A stretch of 64,000 nucleotides of DNA from Candidatus Poribacteria bacterium. Lineage in GTDB: Bacteria > Poribacteria > WGA-4E > WGA-3G. A program made the translations under genes and the position numbers. The DNA lies in the NCBI GenBank assembly GCA_965242965.1, contig OZ251518.1, positions 96,001 through 160,000 on the forward strand, written 5' to 3'. This document shows, piece by piece, positions 7,881-18,420 of the stretch (positions are counted from its first letter, which is position 1; each line of letters begins with the position of its first letter). The notes under the pieces were generated by a model. That model was not told where the DNA came from, did no database searches, and saw only the letters and a list, made by a program, of their open reading frames with translations.

Positions 7881-9491
7881 TCAACAAAGAGGAAGCGTGA
7901 TGACAAACGCCGTGCCGACAGCGAGAGTAGCATCTACCTCAATACTCCCTCCATGCTCTTCAACGATGTTTCGGCTAATGTAAAGCCCGAGCCCGGTGCC
8001 TTTCTGTTTCGTCGTATAAAACGGATGGAAGAGCCGCTGCACATCGTCAGGTGCAATCCCAGGTCCTGTGTCCTGCACGCGAATGCACACCATTTCCTCA
8101 ATATCCCGATATTCTGTCTGAATTCTCAAGCACCCGCCGGATGGCATCGCTTCGATGGCGTTGTAAAAGAGATTCAGCAGAACCTGGGTTACTCCATCTG
8201 CGTTTACATTGACAGCGGGATATTTTGGATTTCGCGACGCGTCCAGCGGATGTTTTTGGTGGTTTCCTATCTCTTCACTAGTGCGCTGCTTATATTCTGT
8301 CACCACCTCAATAGCATGCCGTTCTAACTCGGCGCGGCAAATAGCAAGACTGTCCTCAAGCAGTTTATGGATATCGCACGGTTTCGCGAATTCCATCGCC
8401 GGTTTGCTAAACGCAAGCAGCTGCTCAACGAAACGGTTCAGCCTGTCTACTTCTTTGATGATAATCTCCGAATACCCACGAATTTCCTCTTTCTCTCCAT
8501 CTCCTGTCCCCGTCGCCACTGCGGCAGTCTGCTCCAGAAGTTGCGTTCCTAATCGGATACTGCCGAGCGGGTTTCGCACTTCGTGTGCTATTGTCCGCAC
8601 GAGTCGTCCGAGTGCCGCCAAACGTTCAGATTCTACGAGCACGTCAATTGTCTGTTGAATTTTGACGCGCTGTGCGATGATAGAGGCGATAATTGTCAAC
8701 AACCGCCTGTCATCCTCCGCTGAAAATTCGTCCGATGCCTTGTCAATTGTCAGCGTGCCGACGACATGCTCTTCCACGATGACAGGGATGCACCAGAAGG
8801 CGATAGCATCTTTGGATTCAACGTTTTCGGGTTCAAAGAGTTTGACGTAACTTCGCGGCAGCCGCGTCTGTGGCACCCCCATCGCTTTGCCGGAGGCAAG
8901 CACCCGTTGCTGGATATCCTCTATATGTGCATCAGTGCCCCGTTTCATTTCCGCGGGGGTGAGCCCTAAAACGACTTCGGTGGATGCCACTACCTTTCCC
9001 TCTTGATAGAGATGCAAGGCACCGCGATAGATGCCGAGTCGGTTCGAGAGTATCTCAATAATGCGCCGAAAGAGCCCCTCCAATTCAAGGTTCGCGTTCG
9101 CTGTCTGGCTCACCTGAAAAAGGGTGGACAGATCTCGCACTCGTTTTTCCAAATAGGCGTTCGCGCTGTTTATTTCGGCTAACTCTTCTCCCCGAACGCC
9201 TCGTTCTCTCCGCAGCTGCCGAATGACGCGCATTATCCCTAAAACCAGCACCGGATAGAGCAGGAGAACGATGATGCCCGCTGTTTCGGTAGGATAGAGA
9301 GCCACATAGACGATGTTGCCTATCGTTGTCATCCCAAGCAAAATCTTCTGTCCGCGCGGACTATCGTAGATAATCGCCAGCAGCATCACGCCGTAGTAAA
9401 AGTGGCTCACGGCGTGGTAATAGTGCGGCACCTCCAGCATAAACACCAGCAGGTTCGCAACAAGCACGAGAGATGTGAGAAAAAATGTCAT
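7881..9491 (-). CDS. Membrane-bound GAF sensor histidine kinase (NtrB-like HisKA/HATPase)
   Basis: N-terminal TM helices, GAF-like region, H-box AHEVRNPL, N-box QVLLNLFYNAIEAM, DTGPGI, FxPFYTTK, GTGLGL. Confidence 0.93.
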   Translation of the reverse strand: MTFFLTSLVLVANLLVFMLEVPHYYHAVSHFYYGVMLLAIIYDSPRGQKILLGMTTIGNIVYVALYPTETAGIIVLLLYPVLVLGIMRVIRQLRRERGVRGEELAEINSANAYLEKRVRDLSTLFQVSQTANANLELEGLFRRIIEILSNRLGIYRGALHLYQEGKVVASTEVVLGLTPAEMKRGTDAHIEDIQQRVLASGKAMGVPQTRLPRSYVKLFEPENVESKDAIAFWCIPVIVEEHVVGTLTIDKASDEFSAEDDRRLLTIIASIIAQRVKIQQTIDVLVESERLAALGRLVRTIAHEVRNPLGSIRLGTQLLEQTAAVATGTGDGEKEEIRGYSEIIIKEVDRLNRFVEQLLAFSKPAMEFAKPCDIHKLLEDSLAICRAELERHAIEVVTEYKQRTSEEIGNHQKHPLDASRNPKYPAVNVNADGVTQVLLNLFYNAIEAMPSGGCLRIQTEYRDIEEMVCIRVQDTGPGIAPDDVQRLFHPFYTTKQKGTGLGLYISRNIVEEHGGSIEVDATLAVGTAFVITLPLC

Positions 9492-9527
9492 CTTTTTGTT
9501 TCTAGAACCCTTATCAAAGGGACATGC

Positions 9528-10157
9528 CTATTGCGAACAACGAAAAACAAAATTACGGAGCATTTTGAGGCCGACGCGCCCACTTTTCTCCAAGTGAAAT
9601 TGGGTTGCGATGAGATTCTCGTGTGCAAGCGCGCTACAAAATTCGAGCCCATACGCCGTTTTCCCGATCATTGCCTCATCTGTCTCCGGGACAGGATAGT
9701 AGGAATTGACGAAGTAAAAGTGCGCGGGATTCGGAATGCCTTCAAAAATCGGATGCGATTGCACCTGATGCACCTCGTTCCATCCAATCTGTGGGACTTT
9801 GTTAAAGGCCGATGCCGCGCTTGCATCGCTAGTCGGGAACTTTTTGACGCGTCCCGGCAAGAAACCGAGGCACTCGGTATCCTCTTCGTCGCTGTGTTCA
9901 AAGAGAATCTGGATGCCGATGCAGATGCCGAGCATCGGGGTGCCACGCCGGTAGACATCTGTCAAGACTTCGTCTAGCCCGCGCTGTCGAAGCGTCGCCA
10001 TCGTCGCTTTAGCAGCACCGACACCGGGGAAAATCACGCAGTCTGCCGCCAGAATCGTTTCGGGAACGGCGGTGATTTCGTTTGGATAACCGAGATGTGT
10101 TAAGGCGCGGGCAACGCTGGTGAGGTTGCCCGCGTCGTAGTCAATAATTGCTACCAT
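9528..10157 (-). CDS. hisH: Imidazole glycerol phosphate synthase glutamine amidotransferase subunit
   Basis: VAIIDYDAGNL.SV, FPGVG, GICIG.Q, VPQIGWN, QFHLEKSG; start moved to MVAII. Confidence 0.93.
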   Translation of the reverse strand: MVAIIDYDAGNLTSVARALTHLGYPNEITAVPETILAADCVIFPGVGAAKATMATLRQRGLDEVLTDVYRRGTPMLGICIGIQILFEHSDEEDTECLGFLPGRVKKFPTSDASAASAFNKVPQIGWNEVHQVQSHPIFEGIPNPAHFYFVNSYYPVPETDEAMIGKTAYGLEFCSALAHENLIATQFHLEKSGRVGLKMLRNFVFRCSQ

Positions 10158-10201
10158 TTTTCCACTTGAGTTTAGGCTGTTACAAACCACGTCCACCGAA
10201 A

Positions 10202-10672
10202 CTATTGGGGCATCGCTTTGTAAAGATTCGCCATCTCAATGCCTGCGACAGCGGCTTCAAATCCCTTGTTCCCTGCCTTGATGCCAGCGCGCTCAATCGC
10301 TTGCTCTATCGTATCGGTGGTAATCACGCCGTAGACGACAGGCGTGTTCGTCTGCATCGCGACGTTTGCGATGCCTTTAGCACTCTCGCCAGCGACGTAG
10401 TCAAAATGCGGTGTCGCGCCACGGATGACAGCACCGATACAAAGCACAGCATCGTATCTACAGCTTTCGGCGAGGCGTTTGGCAACCCCCGGAATTTCAA
10501 AAGCACCGGGTGTCCAAAACACGTCAATATCGTCAAGGTTCACGCCGTGGCGTTTTAGGGCATCTAGCGCGCCAGCGAGAAGTTTTTCGGTGACAAAGTT
10601 GTTGAACCGACTCACGACAATGCCGAATTTAAGTCCATCGCCGTTGAGGGTTCCTTCGTAAACATGGGGCAT
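10202..10672 (-). CDS. ribH: 6,7-dimethyl-8-ribityllumazine synthase
   Basis: [37 protein letters not shown]. Confidence 0.97.
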   Translation of the reverse strand: MPHVYEGTLNGDGLKFGIVVSRFNNFVTEKLLAGALDALKRHGVNLDDIDVFWTPGAFEIPGVAKRLAESCRYDAVLCIGAVIRGATPHFDYVAGESAKGIANVAMQTNTPVVYGVITTDTIEQAIERAGIKAGNKGFEAAVAGIEMANLYKAMPQ

Positions 10673-10729
10673 AGTTATGTGATGCTCCTAAAGGTTATCT
10701 GCTATCAACGGGAAAAAAACCGTCTCCGT

Positions 10730-11118
10730 TCACCGTAGGGCGAGGGCCTGTCCCTCGCCATGCTGCGGTCTGGGTTGCGGGCGTTTTTCGCCGAGGTCGG
10801 TAGATCGCGGGGGACAGGCCCCCGCGCTACGGTGAAAATAACGCCACCCCTTCACGTAGGGCGAGGGCCTGTCCCTCGCCATGCTGCGGTCTTAACAGGA
10901 AACATCCGGGGTCTCTGGGCTGCGGGCGTTTTTCGCCTCGGTTGAGAGATCGCGGGGGACAGGCCCCCGCGCTACGGTAGAAAGATGATTTTCCTCGCCA
11001 AGAGGTCCTAATCCTATAAATCTTGGAAATCTTGGAAATCCTGATTCAGACTATTAAGATTGCAGGGGAAACCCGCTCGGATGCGCGTGTGGCATCCGAG
11101 GGCCCCCGCGCTACGGTT
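10730..11118. repeat. Composite repeat cluster (two REPINs, 9-mer array, long-loop REP)
   Basis: Same modules as 7413-7845. Confidence 0.85.
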
Positions 11119-11120
11119 AA

Positions 11121-11149
11121 ATAATAGCATTTTTCAGCGTATTCGTCAA
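11121..11149 (-). promoter_or_regulatory. Putative sigma-70 promoter upstream of repeat cluster/ribH
   Basis: TTGACG-17 nt-TATTAT with TG extension. Confidence 0.5.
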
Positions 11150-11166
11150 GAAAAATGAATTTGGCA

Positions 11167-12396
11167 CTACTCCTCATGCAAAAGGAGATGCCCCAATTTC
11201 GTCCGCTTCGTCTGCAAATATGCGCGGTTAAAGGGATTCGGGCTCGTCTGCAAGGGAACGCGCTCCACAATTTCCAAGCCGTAGCCTCCCAAACCCTTAA
11301 CCTTCTGCGGGTTGTTCGTAAGCAGGCGCATCTTTTTCACGCCGAGGTCTACGAGGATTTGCGCGCCAATGCCGTAATCACGAAGATCTGGGGGGAAACC
11401 GAGGCGTTCGTTCGCTTCAACAGTATCCAATCCTTCGTTATCCTGCAACTGATAGGCGCGGAGTTTCTCCTTGAGCCCCATGCCTCTCCCTTCTTGTCGC
11501 ATATAGAGGACAATACCCCTGCCTTCCCTCTCAATCATCTCAAGCGCAAGTTGGAGTTGTGCGCCGCAATCGCATCGGAGTGAACCGAACACGTCACCGG
11601 TGAGGCATTGCGAATGCGCCCGCACTAACACCGGTGCTTCATCGGCAACGTCACCTTTCGTCAGCGCAATGTGCGTTTTCGGCATATCCGTGCTCCCCTC
11701 AGGGATGTCGCTGCTCTCGTAAGCATAGAGTTTGAACTGCCCGTGTTCTGTGGGGATGTCTGCCGTCGCGACCCGCTTGACAAGCGTCTCCGTGCGCCGT
11801 CGATACGCAATCAGATCAGCGATGGTGATAATCTTCAGGTGATGCTTTTCTGCGAATTGCATGAGTTCCGGCACGCGCGCCATTGAACCGTCATCGTCCA
11901 GCACTTCGCAAAGCACACCGGCGGGATAGAGTCCGGCGAGTCGGGCAAGATCTACGGTGGCTTCGGTATGTCCGGCGCGGCGAAGAACGCCTCCCGGTTT
12001 CGCCTCTAACGGGAAAATGTGGCCTGGGCGCACAAAATCGGCGGGGACAGCCGTGTCATCGACGAATTTTCGGATGGTATAGGCGCGCTCCTGTGCAGAA
12101 ATGCCGGTTGACACTTCCTTCGCGTCAATCGTCACCGTAAACGCTGTCTGCATCTGGGCGGTATTGTCCACTACCATCGGTTGGAGTTGCAACTCAGCGA
12201 GGCGTTCGGAACAGGTCGGGAGGCAGATGAGTCCTCTGCCGTATGTCGCCATGAAGTTAATAGATTCGGCGGTGACTTTTTCGGCCGCCATCACCAGGTC
12301 GCCTTCGTTCTCCCGGTCTGGTTCATCGACGACGATGATGATTTCGCCATTCTGAATGGCAACAAGGGCATCTGGAATTGTGCTAAAAGTTCCCAT
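11167..12396 (-). CDS. ribBA: Bifunctional DHBP synthase / GTP cyclohydrolase II
   Basis: [51 protein letters not shown]. Confidence 0.97.
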   Translation of the reverse strand: MGTFSTIPDALVAIQNGEIIIVVDEPDRENEGDLVMAAEKVTAESINFMATYGRGLICLPTCSERLAELQLQPMVVDNTAQMQTAFTVTIDAKEVSTGISAQERAYTIRKFVDDTAVPADFVRPGHIFPLEAKPGGVLRRAGHTEATVDLARLAGLYPAGVLCEVLDDDGSMARVPELMQFAEKHHLKIITIADLIAYRRRTETLVKRVATADIPTEHGQFKLYAYESSDIPEGSTDMPKTHIALTKGDVADEAPVLVRAHSQCLTGDVFGSLRCDCGAQLQLALEMIEREGRGIVLYMRQEGRGMGLKEKLRAYQLQDNEGLDTVEANERLGFPPDLRDYGIGAQILVDLGVKKMRLLTNNPQKVKGLGGYGLEIVERVPLQTSPNPFNRAYLQTKRTKLGHLLLHEE

Positions 12397-12462
12397 GTTT
12401 TTGGTATTTTTTGTCTCTTTCTTACGAACAATGTGCAGTGCGTTGCGCAGTGCGTTGCACCG

Positions 12463-13104
12463 TTATGAACTGAATCCGTGCCGTGCCAAGAAGGCTCTAT
12501 CGATACCGGCGGTGTCGTTTTTTAAGAGCAACGTCTCAACGTAACGTGCAAGGAGATCGACTTCAATGTTGACACGCGCTCCGTTGTGTTTCGTTCCGAG
12601 CGTCGTCACCTGTTTCGTATGCGGAATCAGCGCAACTTCAAACCCATCGGCGACGACGTTGGCGATGGTTAAGCTGACTCCGTCAACGGCGACGGAGCCT
12701 TTGTAGGCAATGTAGCGTCTCGCCTTTTCAGAGAGCGTCACCTGCATGCGTGTAGAGGTGCCTTCATCCTTCCATCCGCTGATTATTCCCACTTCGTCAA
12801 CATGCGCGAGGACGAGATGGCCGCCCAGCCGGTCCTGCAGTCGGAGGGCGCGTTCAAGGTTTACCTGTTCGCCGGACTTTCGTTCACCTAGCGTCGTGCG
12901 GCGCAAGGTTTCGGCAGAGATATCGGCAAGGAACGTGTCAGCGGTGCACGCGCGCACGGTGAGGCAGGCACCATCAACGGCGATACTGTCGCCTATTTTT
13001 GCATCGGTAAGGACAGTGTGTGCCTGAATTTCAAGCGTCGCGCCTTGCGAGTCGCGCCGGAGGCGTATGACGGTTCCGAGTTCTTCAACGATTCCGGTAA
13101 ACAT
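12463..13104 (-). CDS. ribE: Riboflavin synthase alpha chain
   Basis: MFTGIVEE, GDSIAVDGACLT, VNLERA, KGSVAVDGVSLT. Confidence 0.97.
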   Translation of the reverse strand: MFTGIVEELGTVIRLRRDSQGATLEIQAHTVLTDAKIGDSIAVDGACLTVRACTADTFLADISAETLRRTTLGERKSGEQVNLERALRLQDRLGGHLVLAHVDEVGIISGWKDEGTSTRMQVTLSEKARRYIAYKGSVAVDGVSLTIANVVADGFEVALIPHTKQVTTLGTKHNGARVNIEVDLLARYVETLLLKNDTAGIDRAFLARHGFSS

Positions 13105-13119
13105 TTTTTCGTATTTCGC

Positions 13120-13322
13120 GAGGCATGGGCGAGGGACAGGCCCTCGCCCTACGGTAATGCGTGGCGTTTTTTCACCGTAGCGCGGGGGCCTGTCCCCCGC
13201 GATCGTTGGATTACGCGGACGATGGCGAGGGAAACCCAGGCCCCCGCGCTACGGACGGTGTCCATGATTACATTTATGCCTTAGTTTGCACGTTCGCGGG
13301 GGACAGGCCCCCGCGCTACGGA
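13120..13322. repeat. GTAG-REP cluster between ribD and ribE
   Basis: Four family-A hairpins in both orientations. Confidence 0.85.
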
Positions 13323-13327
13323 CGTTG

Positions 13328-14446
13328 TCAATAGGCCTTTGAGAGATATCCTTGTATTAAAATGTCGCCATCGCCATTTTCCACGGGCATTACGGTGACG
13401 TTATGCAACCTCGGCGCGTCTGCCAAAGCGAAAATTCCTTCGCCACCGAGCGGTCCCGGGGCATCCGCGCCGCCGATAAGTTTCGGTGCAACAAAACAGA
13501 GGACCTTATCCACAACCCCAGCGGCGATTGCGGCGGCGTTCACTTCCCCACCGCCTTCTATCAGGACGCTTGTTATTTCACGCGTGCCAAGCGTCAACAT
13601 AAGCGCGTTGATACAGACGCGGTCCTGCTTCGCTGGCACAACGATGACATCAGCTCCCGCGCTTTTCAAAGCAGCGACGTTTTCCGCCGGTGCCTGCGGC
13701 GTAACCGCAACGATGAGGGCTGCGGAACTCTCAACATTGAAGACGTTCGCATCCGTGGGTGTGCGCCCGCGCGAATCTAGCACAATGCGCGTCGCATCTT
13801 TGCCTTTGCGGTGCGCGAGACGCGTCGTCAGCGCAGGATTGTCGCGCAGGACAGTGCCCATGCCGACGAGAATTGCGTCCACTTCATCACGAATCTCATG
13901 CACACTCTGGCGTGATGCTTCGGAGGTAATCCAGCGCGATTCTCCGGTGGCAGTGGCGATTTTTCCATCAAGGCTCATCGCTGTCTTGAGGATGACAAAG
14001 GGCTGTCCAGTCTGGACGTATTTTCGATGCACCTCATTGAGTTGCGCCGCCTCTTCGGCACATATTCCGACGTTCACAGAGATGCCCGCCATTTCTAACT
14101 GCTGAATGCCTTTACCGGCAACTTTGGGGTTTGCATCAACTTCTGCGATGTAAACCTGCGCGATGCCCGCCTGTATCAGCGCATCCGTGCAGGGCGGCGT
14201 GCGTCCCCAATGGCAACACGGTTCAAGGTTCACGTAGAGGGTCCCGTCTTTCGCGGCTTCCCCGGCAGCTTGTAGCGCGTCAATCTCTGCGTGCGGTCCG
14301 CCGGCTTTCTGATGATACCCTTCGCCGACAATTTGTCCCGCTTTCACGATAACTGCGCCGACGAGGGGATTTGGGCTCGTGCTGCCTTTGCCCATTTTGG
14401 CTAATGTCAGCGCGCGCCGCATAAACGCTATATGTGCTTCATCCAT
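13328..14446 (-). CDS. ribD: Riboflavin deaminase/reductase
   Basis: PNPLVGAV, HAE, LEPCCH.GRTPPC, SLDGKIA, DNPALT.R, EGGG. Confidence 0.97.
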   Translation of the reverse strand: MDEAHIAFMRRALTLAKMGKGSTSPNPLVGAVIVKAGQIVGEGYHQKAGGPHAEIDALQAAGEAAKDGTLYVNLEPCCHWGRTPPCTDALIQAGIAQVYIAEVDANPKVAGKGIQQLEMAGISVNVGICAEEAAQLNEVHRKYVQTGQPFVILKTAMSLDGKIATATGESRWITSEASRQSVHEIRDEVDAILVGMGTVLRDNPALTTRLAHRKGKDATRIVLDSRGRTPTDANVFNVESSAALIVAVTPQAPAENVAALKSAGADVIVVPAKQDRVCINALMLTLGTREITSVLIEGGGEVNAAAIAAGVVDKVLCFVAPKLIGGADAPGPLGGEGIFALADAPRLHNVTVMPVENGDGDILIQGYLSKAY

Positions 14447-14537
14447 CGCGATGTGTTACCTTCAATTGCTGTGCTGATAGTAGTATACCACATTTTCGTT
14501 AAAAATTCAAAATGTTTTTTGTAACGAATGCGGCATA

Positions 14538-15158
14538 CTAGTTTTTCAGGTTATCTTCGCCGACGCAGGCTTTAAGTCCCGCTACAAATATCTGAAAACT
14601 CCGCGAACGATTGCGGCTAGGCTCCATGTGCGGCGCGATCTTTTGTGCCACTACCCTTTTGGGTAAAAAGTTCGGGTAGTCTTGTTTTAGCAAACGCCCA
14701 AGGGATTCCGACGTGCCTCCGGTGATTGCATCAGGATCCCGATATTTTGCCCTGCGATGAAAGGTTTTTGAGACACCGGGATAAGCTTTCCTCAGTGCTT
14801 CAACGTCTCCAAAAAACCATGCCTCTAACTCTTCGACCACCAACCGATTGACGACGCGAAAATCGCCTTGGGAATTCGGATGGGATTTCGTCGAAAATCC
14901 TGCCTCGCGCGCAGCGCGTTCTAACTGCGCCTTCAGTTTTTGGCAATCCTGCCGGTCTTCATCAATAAGCACAAAGATTCGCCAGTCGACAGGCAGCCGG
15001 CGGTAACCCCTCAGTCTCAAGGGCAACTTTTTTAACAGGTCTCGTTTGCCTTCAAAGACATGGAAGTGAAAACTGACATTGTCGGCAAGAATCTTCGGCA
15101 AGATAGCCGTTAACGCCGCTTCAGCAGAGGGTTCCTCCAATAGGAATTCAATGTGCAT
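14538..15158 (-). CDS. DUF4276-family (TOPRIM-like) protein, partner of AAA ATPase
   Basis: [31 protein letters not shown]; overlaps ATPase stop. Confidence 0.8.
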   Translation of the reverse strand: MHIEFLLEEPSAEAALTAILPKILADNVSFHFHVFEGKRDLLKKLPLRLRGYRRLPVDWRIFVLIDEDRQDCQKLKAQLERAAREAGFSTKSHPNSQGDFRVVNRLVVEELEAWFFGDVEALRKAYPGVSKTFHRRAKYRDPDAITGGTSESLGRLLKQDYPNFLPKRVVAQKIAPHMEPSRNRSRSFQIFVAGLKACVGEDNLKN

Positions 15159-16371
15159 GCGCGCCTCCCTTTGGCCCGCCGGCATTCGTCAGCGGATCGC
15201 CGATTTCAAAGTAATTTTCCATCCAGAGCGACCCCAACTTCGCACCGGTTCCCAGAAACTCCTTGATACCTAGCATATCCGCCGTGCGTTTGCAGTTGGT
15301 AAACCCCTGTTCATCACGATAAAGCACCCAGACCTCCTCGGCGCGGAGGCCGTTGATAAAATGAGGCGAATGCGTGGTAATCATGAGTTGAGAAGACGCT
15401 GATGCCTCGCGGCACTCATCAGTTAGCCCTGCCAACAAGCGCGGATGTAGGTAATTTTCGGGTTCCTCAATGCCGATTAATTCCGGTGGTTCTGCATCGT
15501 GTAACAACGTCAAATAGGACAGCATCTTCAAGGTGCCATCGGAGGCGAACTTGGCTAAGATAGGTTGCTCAAACGGCGCGTCCTTAATCTGTAACAGGAG
15601 GCGGCCATCCTGCATTAGTTCTGCATCCACCCGTTCTAAGCGCGGCACCCGATACGCCAAGATTGAAAGAATATGTTCCAGCTGCACCGGGTGTTGTTCT
15701 TTCAGATATTGGATAACGTTCGGTAGATTATCGCCTGTTTCCGAGAGCCGTTCTTGTGGGCCCGCTTCGGGCACCCCGCGCGTGGCATCGGCGGACAAGT
15801 AGGAGAGATGCCAGCCGGTAATGAAGCGGCGCAGGGCACTCACGCGAGGATGCCTCGCCAATTGCCCAAGCGTGCTGACGGCCAGCATTGATGCGTCGTC
15901 AAGTTGTTCACCAATTCGCGTATCCTTCATATCGGGTGCTTCACCAGCGATGACCCGGCCTTCGCCTTGACGAAAATCAAGAAAGTGAAAAGGTTTTCCT
16001 CCACTCCCGCGCCGCCATCGCAGGGATTCTGTCTCAACGTACGCGCCTTTCGGCCCTTCATCAATTGCCAAATGGTAGGTGAGGAGAGGTGTCTTCGGTT
16101 TCTCCCGATATTTTAACTCAAATTCAATTGGGCCATCACACCCGCGGGTGCGCAATTCCTTAAAACGCCCCCTTTTGTCCCATGCACGACGCAGCCCCAC
16201 CGTGAAGCATTCCGAGAGGAACGCGAAAACATCAAACAGCGTTGACTTCCCGCTGCCGTTCGGGCCTAGGAAGGCTGACAGCGGCGTGATGTTTCGTAAT
16301 GTCACGTCTCGCAACGCGCGATAGTTCTTCACACGCAAGGATTCAATGCGGGGAACAGTCTGTTTTACCAT
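15148..16371 (-). CDS. ABC/AAA_21-type ATPase (AbiEii/OLD-like)
   Basis: Walker A GPNGSGKS, signature ASDGT, Walker B IEEPE..LHP, TTHS; start MVKQ chosen from GGAG SD and an upstream promoter. Confidence 0.9.
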   Translation of the reverse strand: MVKQTVPRIESLRVKNYRALRDVTLRNITPLSAFLGPNGSGKSTLFDVFAFLSECFTVGLRRAWDKRGRFKELRTRGCDGPIEFELKYREKPKTPLLTYHLAIDEGPKGAYVETESLRWRRGSGGKPFHFLDFRQGEGRVIAGEAPDMKDTRIGEQLDDASMLAVSTLGQLARHPRVSALRRFITGWHLSYLSADATRGVPEAGPQERLSETGDNLPNVIQYLKEQHPVQLEHILSILAYRVPRLERVDAELMQDGRLLLQIKDAPFEQPILAKFASDGTLKMLSYLTLLHDAEPPELIGIEEPENYLHPRLLAGLTDECREASASSQLMITTHSPHFINGLRAEEVWVLYRDEQGFTNCKRTADMLGIKEFLGTGAKLGSLWMENYFEIGDPLTNAGGPKGGAHAH

Positions 16372-16404
16372 CTCAATTGTCTCCATATAAACACATTCAC
16401 TGGG

Positions 16405-16434
16405 ATGATACCCTATTTCCAAGCAGATTGTCAA
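16405..16434 (-). promoter_or_regulatory. Putative sigma-70 promoter for the AAA/DUF4276 pair
   Basis: TTGACA-18 nt-TATCAT. Confidence 0.45.
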
Positions 16435-16451
16435 GTTTTTACTGGTTCTGC

Positions 16452-16946
16452 TCACACTTCTTCGTCAACTGCACGTAAGCATTCCAGAATTTCAGCCTGC
16501 TTCGCCAAATCAAACTGGTGCGAGCCGATATACATATATCGGATAATCCCGCGCTTGTCAATGATAAACGTCGCAGGACGCGCGATGTTGTATGCCTCAA
16601 GGCTGAGCCAGTGGTAAACGCCGTAACTCTTAATGACACGCCGCTCCTTGTCCACTAGCAACGGATAGGTGATGCCGTTGCGTTCCGCATAGCCGCGCAA
16701 TTCACGGGGCCACTGCCCCGCGATGGCGAGCGGAATAGCATCGTGCGCTGCGTAAGCATCAACCTGTTCTTGCACTGCCGCCAACTGACGACGGCTATTC
16801 GGTCACCATGTGCCCCGAAAAAACGTCAGCACGACGCGATGTTCTCCACGATACGACACTAGCGATACTTCCTGTCGTTCATGCGAAGGGAGCGTCCATA
16901 AAGGCGCGGTATCGCCGATGTTGAGAATCTTGTTTTCGCGTGGCAT
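16452..16946 (-). CDS. AhpC/TSA peroxiredoxin-like redoxin with in-frame UGA (probable selenocysteine)
   Basis: [39 protein letters not shown](16803-16805)-[30 protein letters not shown]. Confidence 0.8.
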
Positions 16947-16996
16947 ATTTTCGTTGTTCCTAGCGGTTGTTTACCGGTTTCGTATTAGGTGTTTTT

Positions 16997-18124
16997 TTAC
17001 CCTATCAATTCCACAAATACTTCGTTCGCCAAGAAAAGTCCCCGTTCTGTCAGGCGTAAATGCGTTCCAGAGCGTTCCATCAACCCTAAATCTATCCATT
17101 TCTGGCAGACATCGCCAAATTCAGTTTCAACCTCCTCGCCAAAGCGGCACTGATATGCCGCAAGCGAAAGCCCCTCCCGTTTCCGCAGCGCGAGCATGAG
17201 AGTATCTGCCTTTTCAGCACTCCCGGTGGGGCGTTCAGCATCCGCGATAGGTTTTATGCCTTGCTGGATGCCTGCGATGTAATCGGCGATGCCGCGAATG
17301 TTGGTGTAACGAACGCCATTAACATAGCCGCACGCGCCTGCACCTAACCCGATGCACGCACGGTTATTCCAATAAACGAGGTTATGTTTCGCCGCTTGAT
17401 TTGGCCGCGCGAAGTTGCAGATTTCATAATGTGCATAGCCGCGCGCCGTTAATGTCTCAATCGCATACTCAAACATGTTCGCCTCGGTATCCTCCGGAGG
17501 AAGGTGCAACTCGCCTGCTTTCCACCACTCATAAAACGGCGTTGTCTCCTCCATGACGAGGTTATAGACAGAAATATGCGCCGGTTCAAGCGAAATCACC
17601 TCGGTTAAGGTGTGTTGCCATTCCGCCATCGTCTGCTTCGGAATCGCGAAAATCACATCGACGTTGATGTTATCAAAACCGCAATCGCGGGTGAGTCGAT
17701 AACTGTGCAGGAAATCGGCGACGGTGTGGATGCGGCCGAGCTGCTTTAACGTCTCATCCTGCATCGCTTGCAAACCGAAACTGAGCCGATTGACACCAAC
17801 ATCCCGCATCACCTGCAGCTTCTCCGTGTCAACGGTGTCGGGATTACATTCCACCGTGATTTCCGCATCCGCACAGATTTGGAAATGCGCGCGTAAATCG
17901 GCGAACAACTGCGCGAACGCCTCGGCAGAAAGCATGGAAGGCGTGCCGCCACCGATAAAAATTGTCTTTAACGGCGCAGCCTTCGGCGCGTAAAGTGCCA
18001 TCTCTTCGCGAAGGACTAGGAGGTATGCCTTCGCCTGTTCTTTGTCAAAGGCGGACGTGTTGAAAGCGCAGTAGTAGCACTTCGTCGCGCAAAACGGAAT
18101 GTGGAGGTAGACAGAAGAAGCCAT
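16997..18124 (-). CDS. hemW: Radical SAM heme chaperone HemW (HemN-like)
   Basis: YLHIPFCATKCYYCAF, IFIGGGTPS, LGRIH, YEICNF, HNLVYW, GLGAGA; start MASSVY. Confidence 0.93.
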   Translation of the reverse strand: MASSVYLHIPFCATKCYYCAFNTSAFDKEQAKAYLLVLREEMALYAPKAAPLKTIFIGGGTPSMLSAEAFAQLFADLRAHFQICADAEITVECNPDTVDTEKLQVMRDVGVNRLSFGLQAMQDETLKQLGRIHTVADFLHSYRLTRDCGFDNINVDVIFAIPKQTMAEWQHTLTEVISLEPAHISVYNLVMEETTPFYEWWKAGELHLPPEDTEANMFEYAIETLTARGYAHYEICNFARPNQAAKHNLVYWNNRACIGLGAGACGYVNGVRYTNIRGIADYIAGIQQGIKPIADAERPTGSAEKADTLMLALRKREGLSLAAYQCRFGEEVETEFGDVCQKWIDLGLMERSGTHLRLTERGLFLANEVFVELIG

Positions 18125-18126
18125 GG

Positions 18127-18420
18127 TTAGCGACGATGGCTCGGGAAGACGGTTATGTTCTTCTCCCAAAACCGTTTGTATTGGGACTCCGTCGTCTCCG
18201 ATGGTGGCACCCCAGCGAGGTCTGCCGCAAGGTTGAAGGGATTGGTGTGATAACAAGCAATCTTATCATAGACAGAACCTGCGTTGACAAATTGCTGGTA
18301 GTCATCTGCCTCCTCGGTTGATTCGCCGAAGATCTCGCTGAGCGTCCAGCGAACTAAGTCCCAATACGCATCGATATCGCGCTGCGATAAAGGGAATTCT
18401 TGCTCTTTTATCGTAGCCAT
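18127..18420 (-). CDS. Small acidic hypothetical protein (candidate antitoxin)
   Basis: 97 aa; overlaps the DUF3990 gene end; SD AAGGAG. Confidence 0.7.
   Translation of the reverse strand: MATIKEQEFPLSQRDIDAYWDLVRWTLSEIFGESTEEADDYQQFVNAGSVYDKIACYHTNPFNLAADLAGVPPSETTESQYKRFWEKNITVFPSHRR

Noticed and set aside
12433-12460. Palindrome gtgcagtgcgttgcgcagtgcgttgcac between ribE and ribBA
   Set aside because: Single copy, no U-tract and no family match; function cannot be supported.
14447-14537. FMN riboswitch upstream of the rib operon
   Set aside because: The leader is too short and lacks the RFN conserved blocks; only a promoter-like TTGAAT-17-TATACT is seen.
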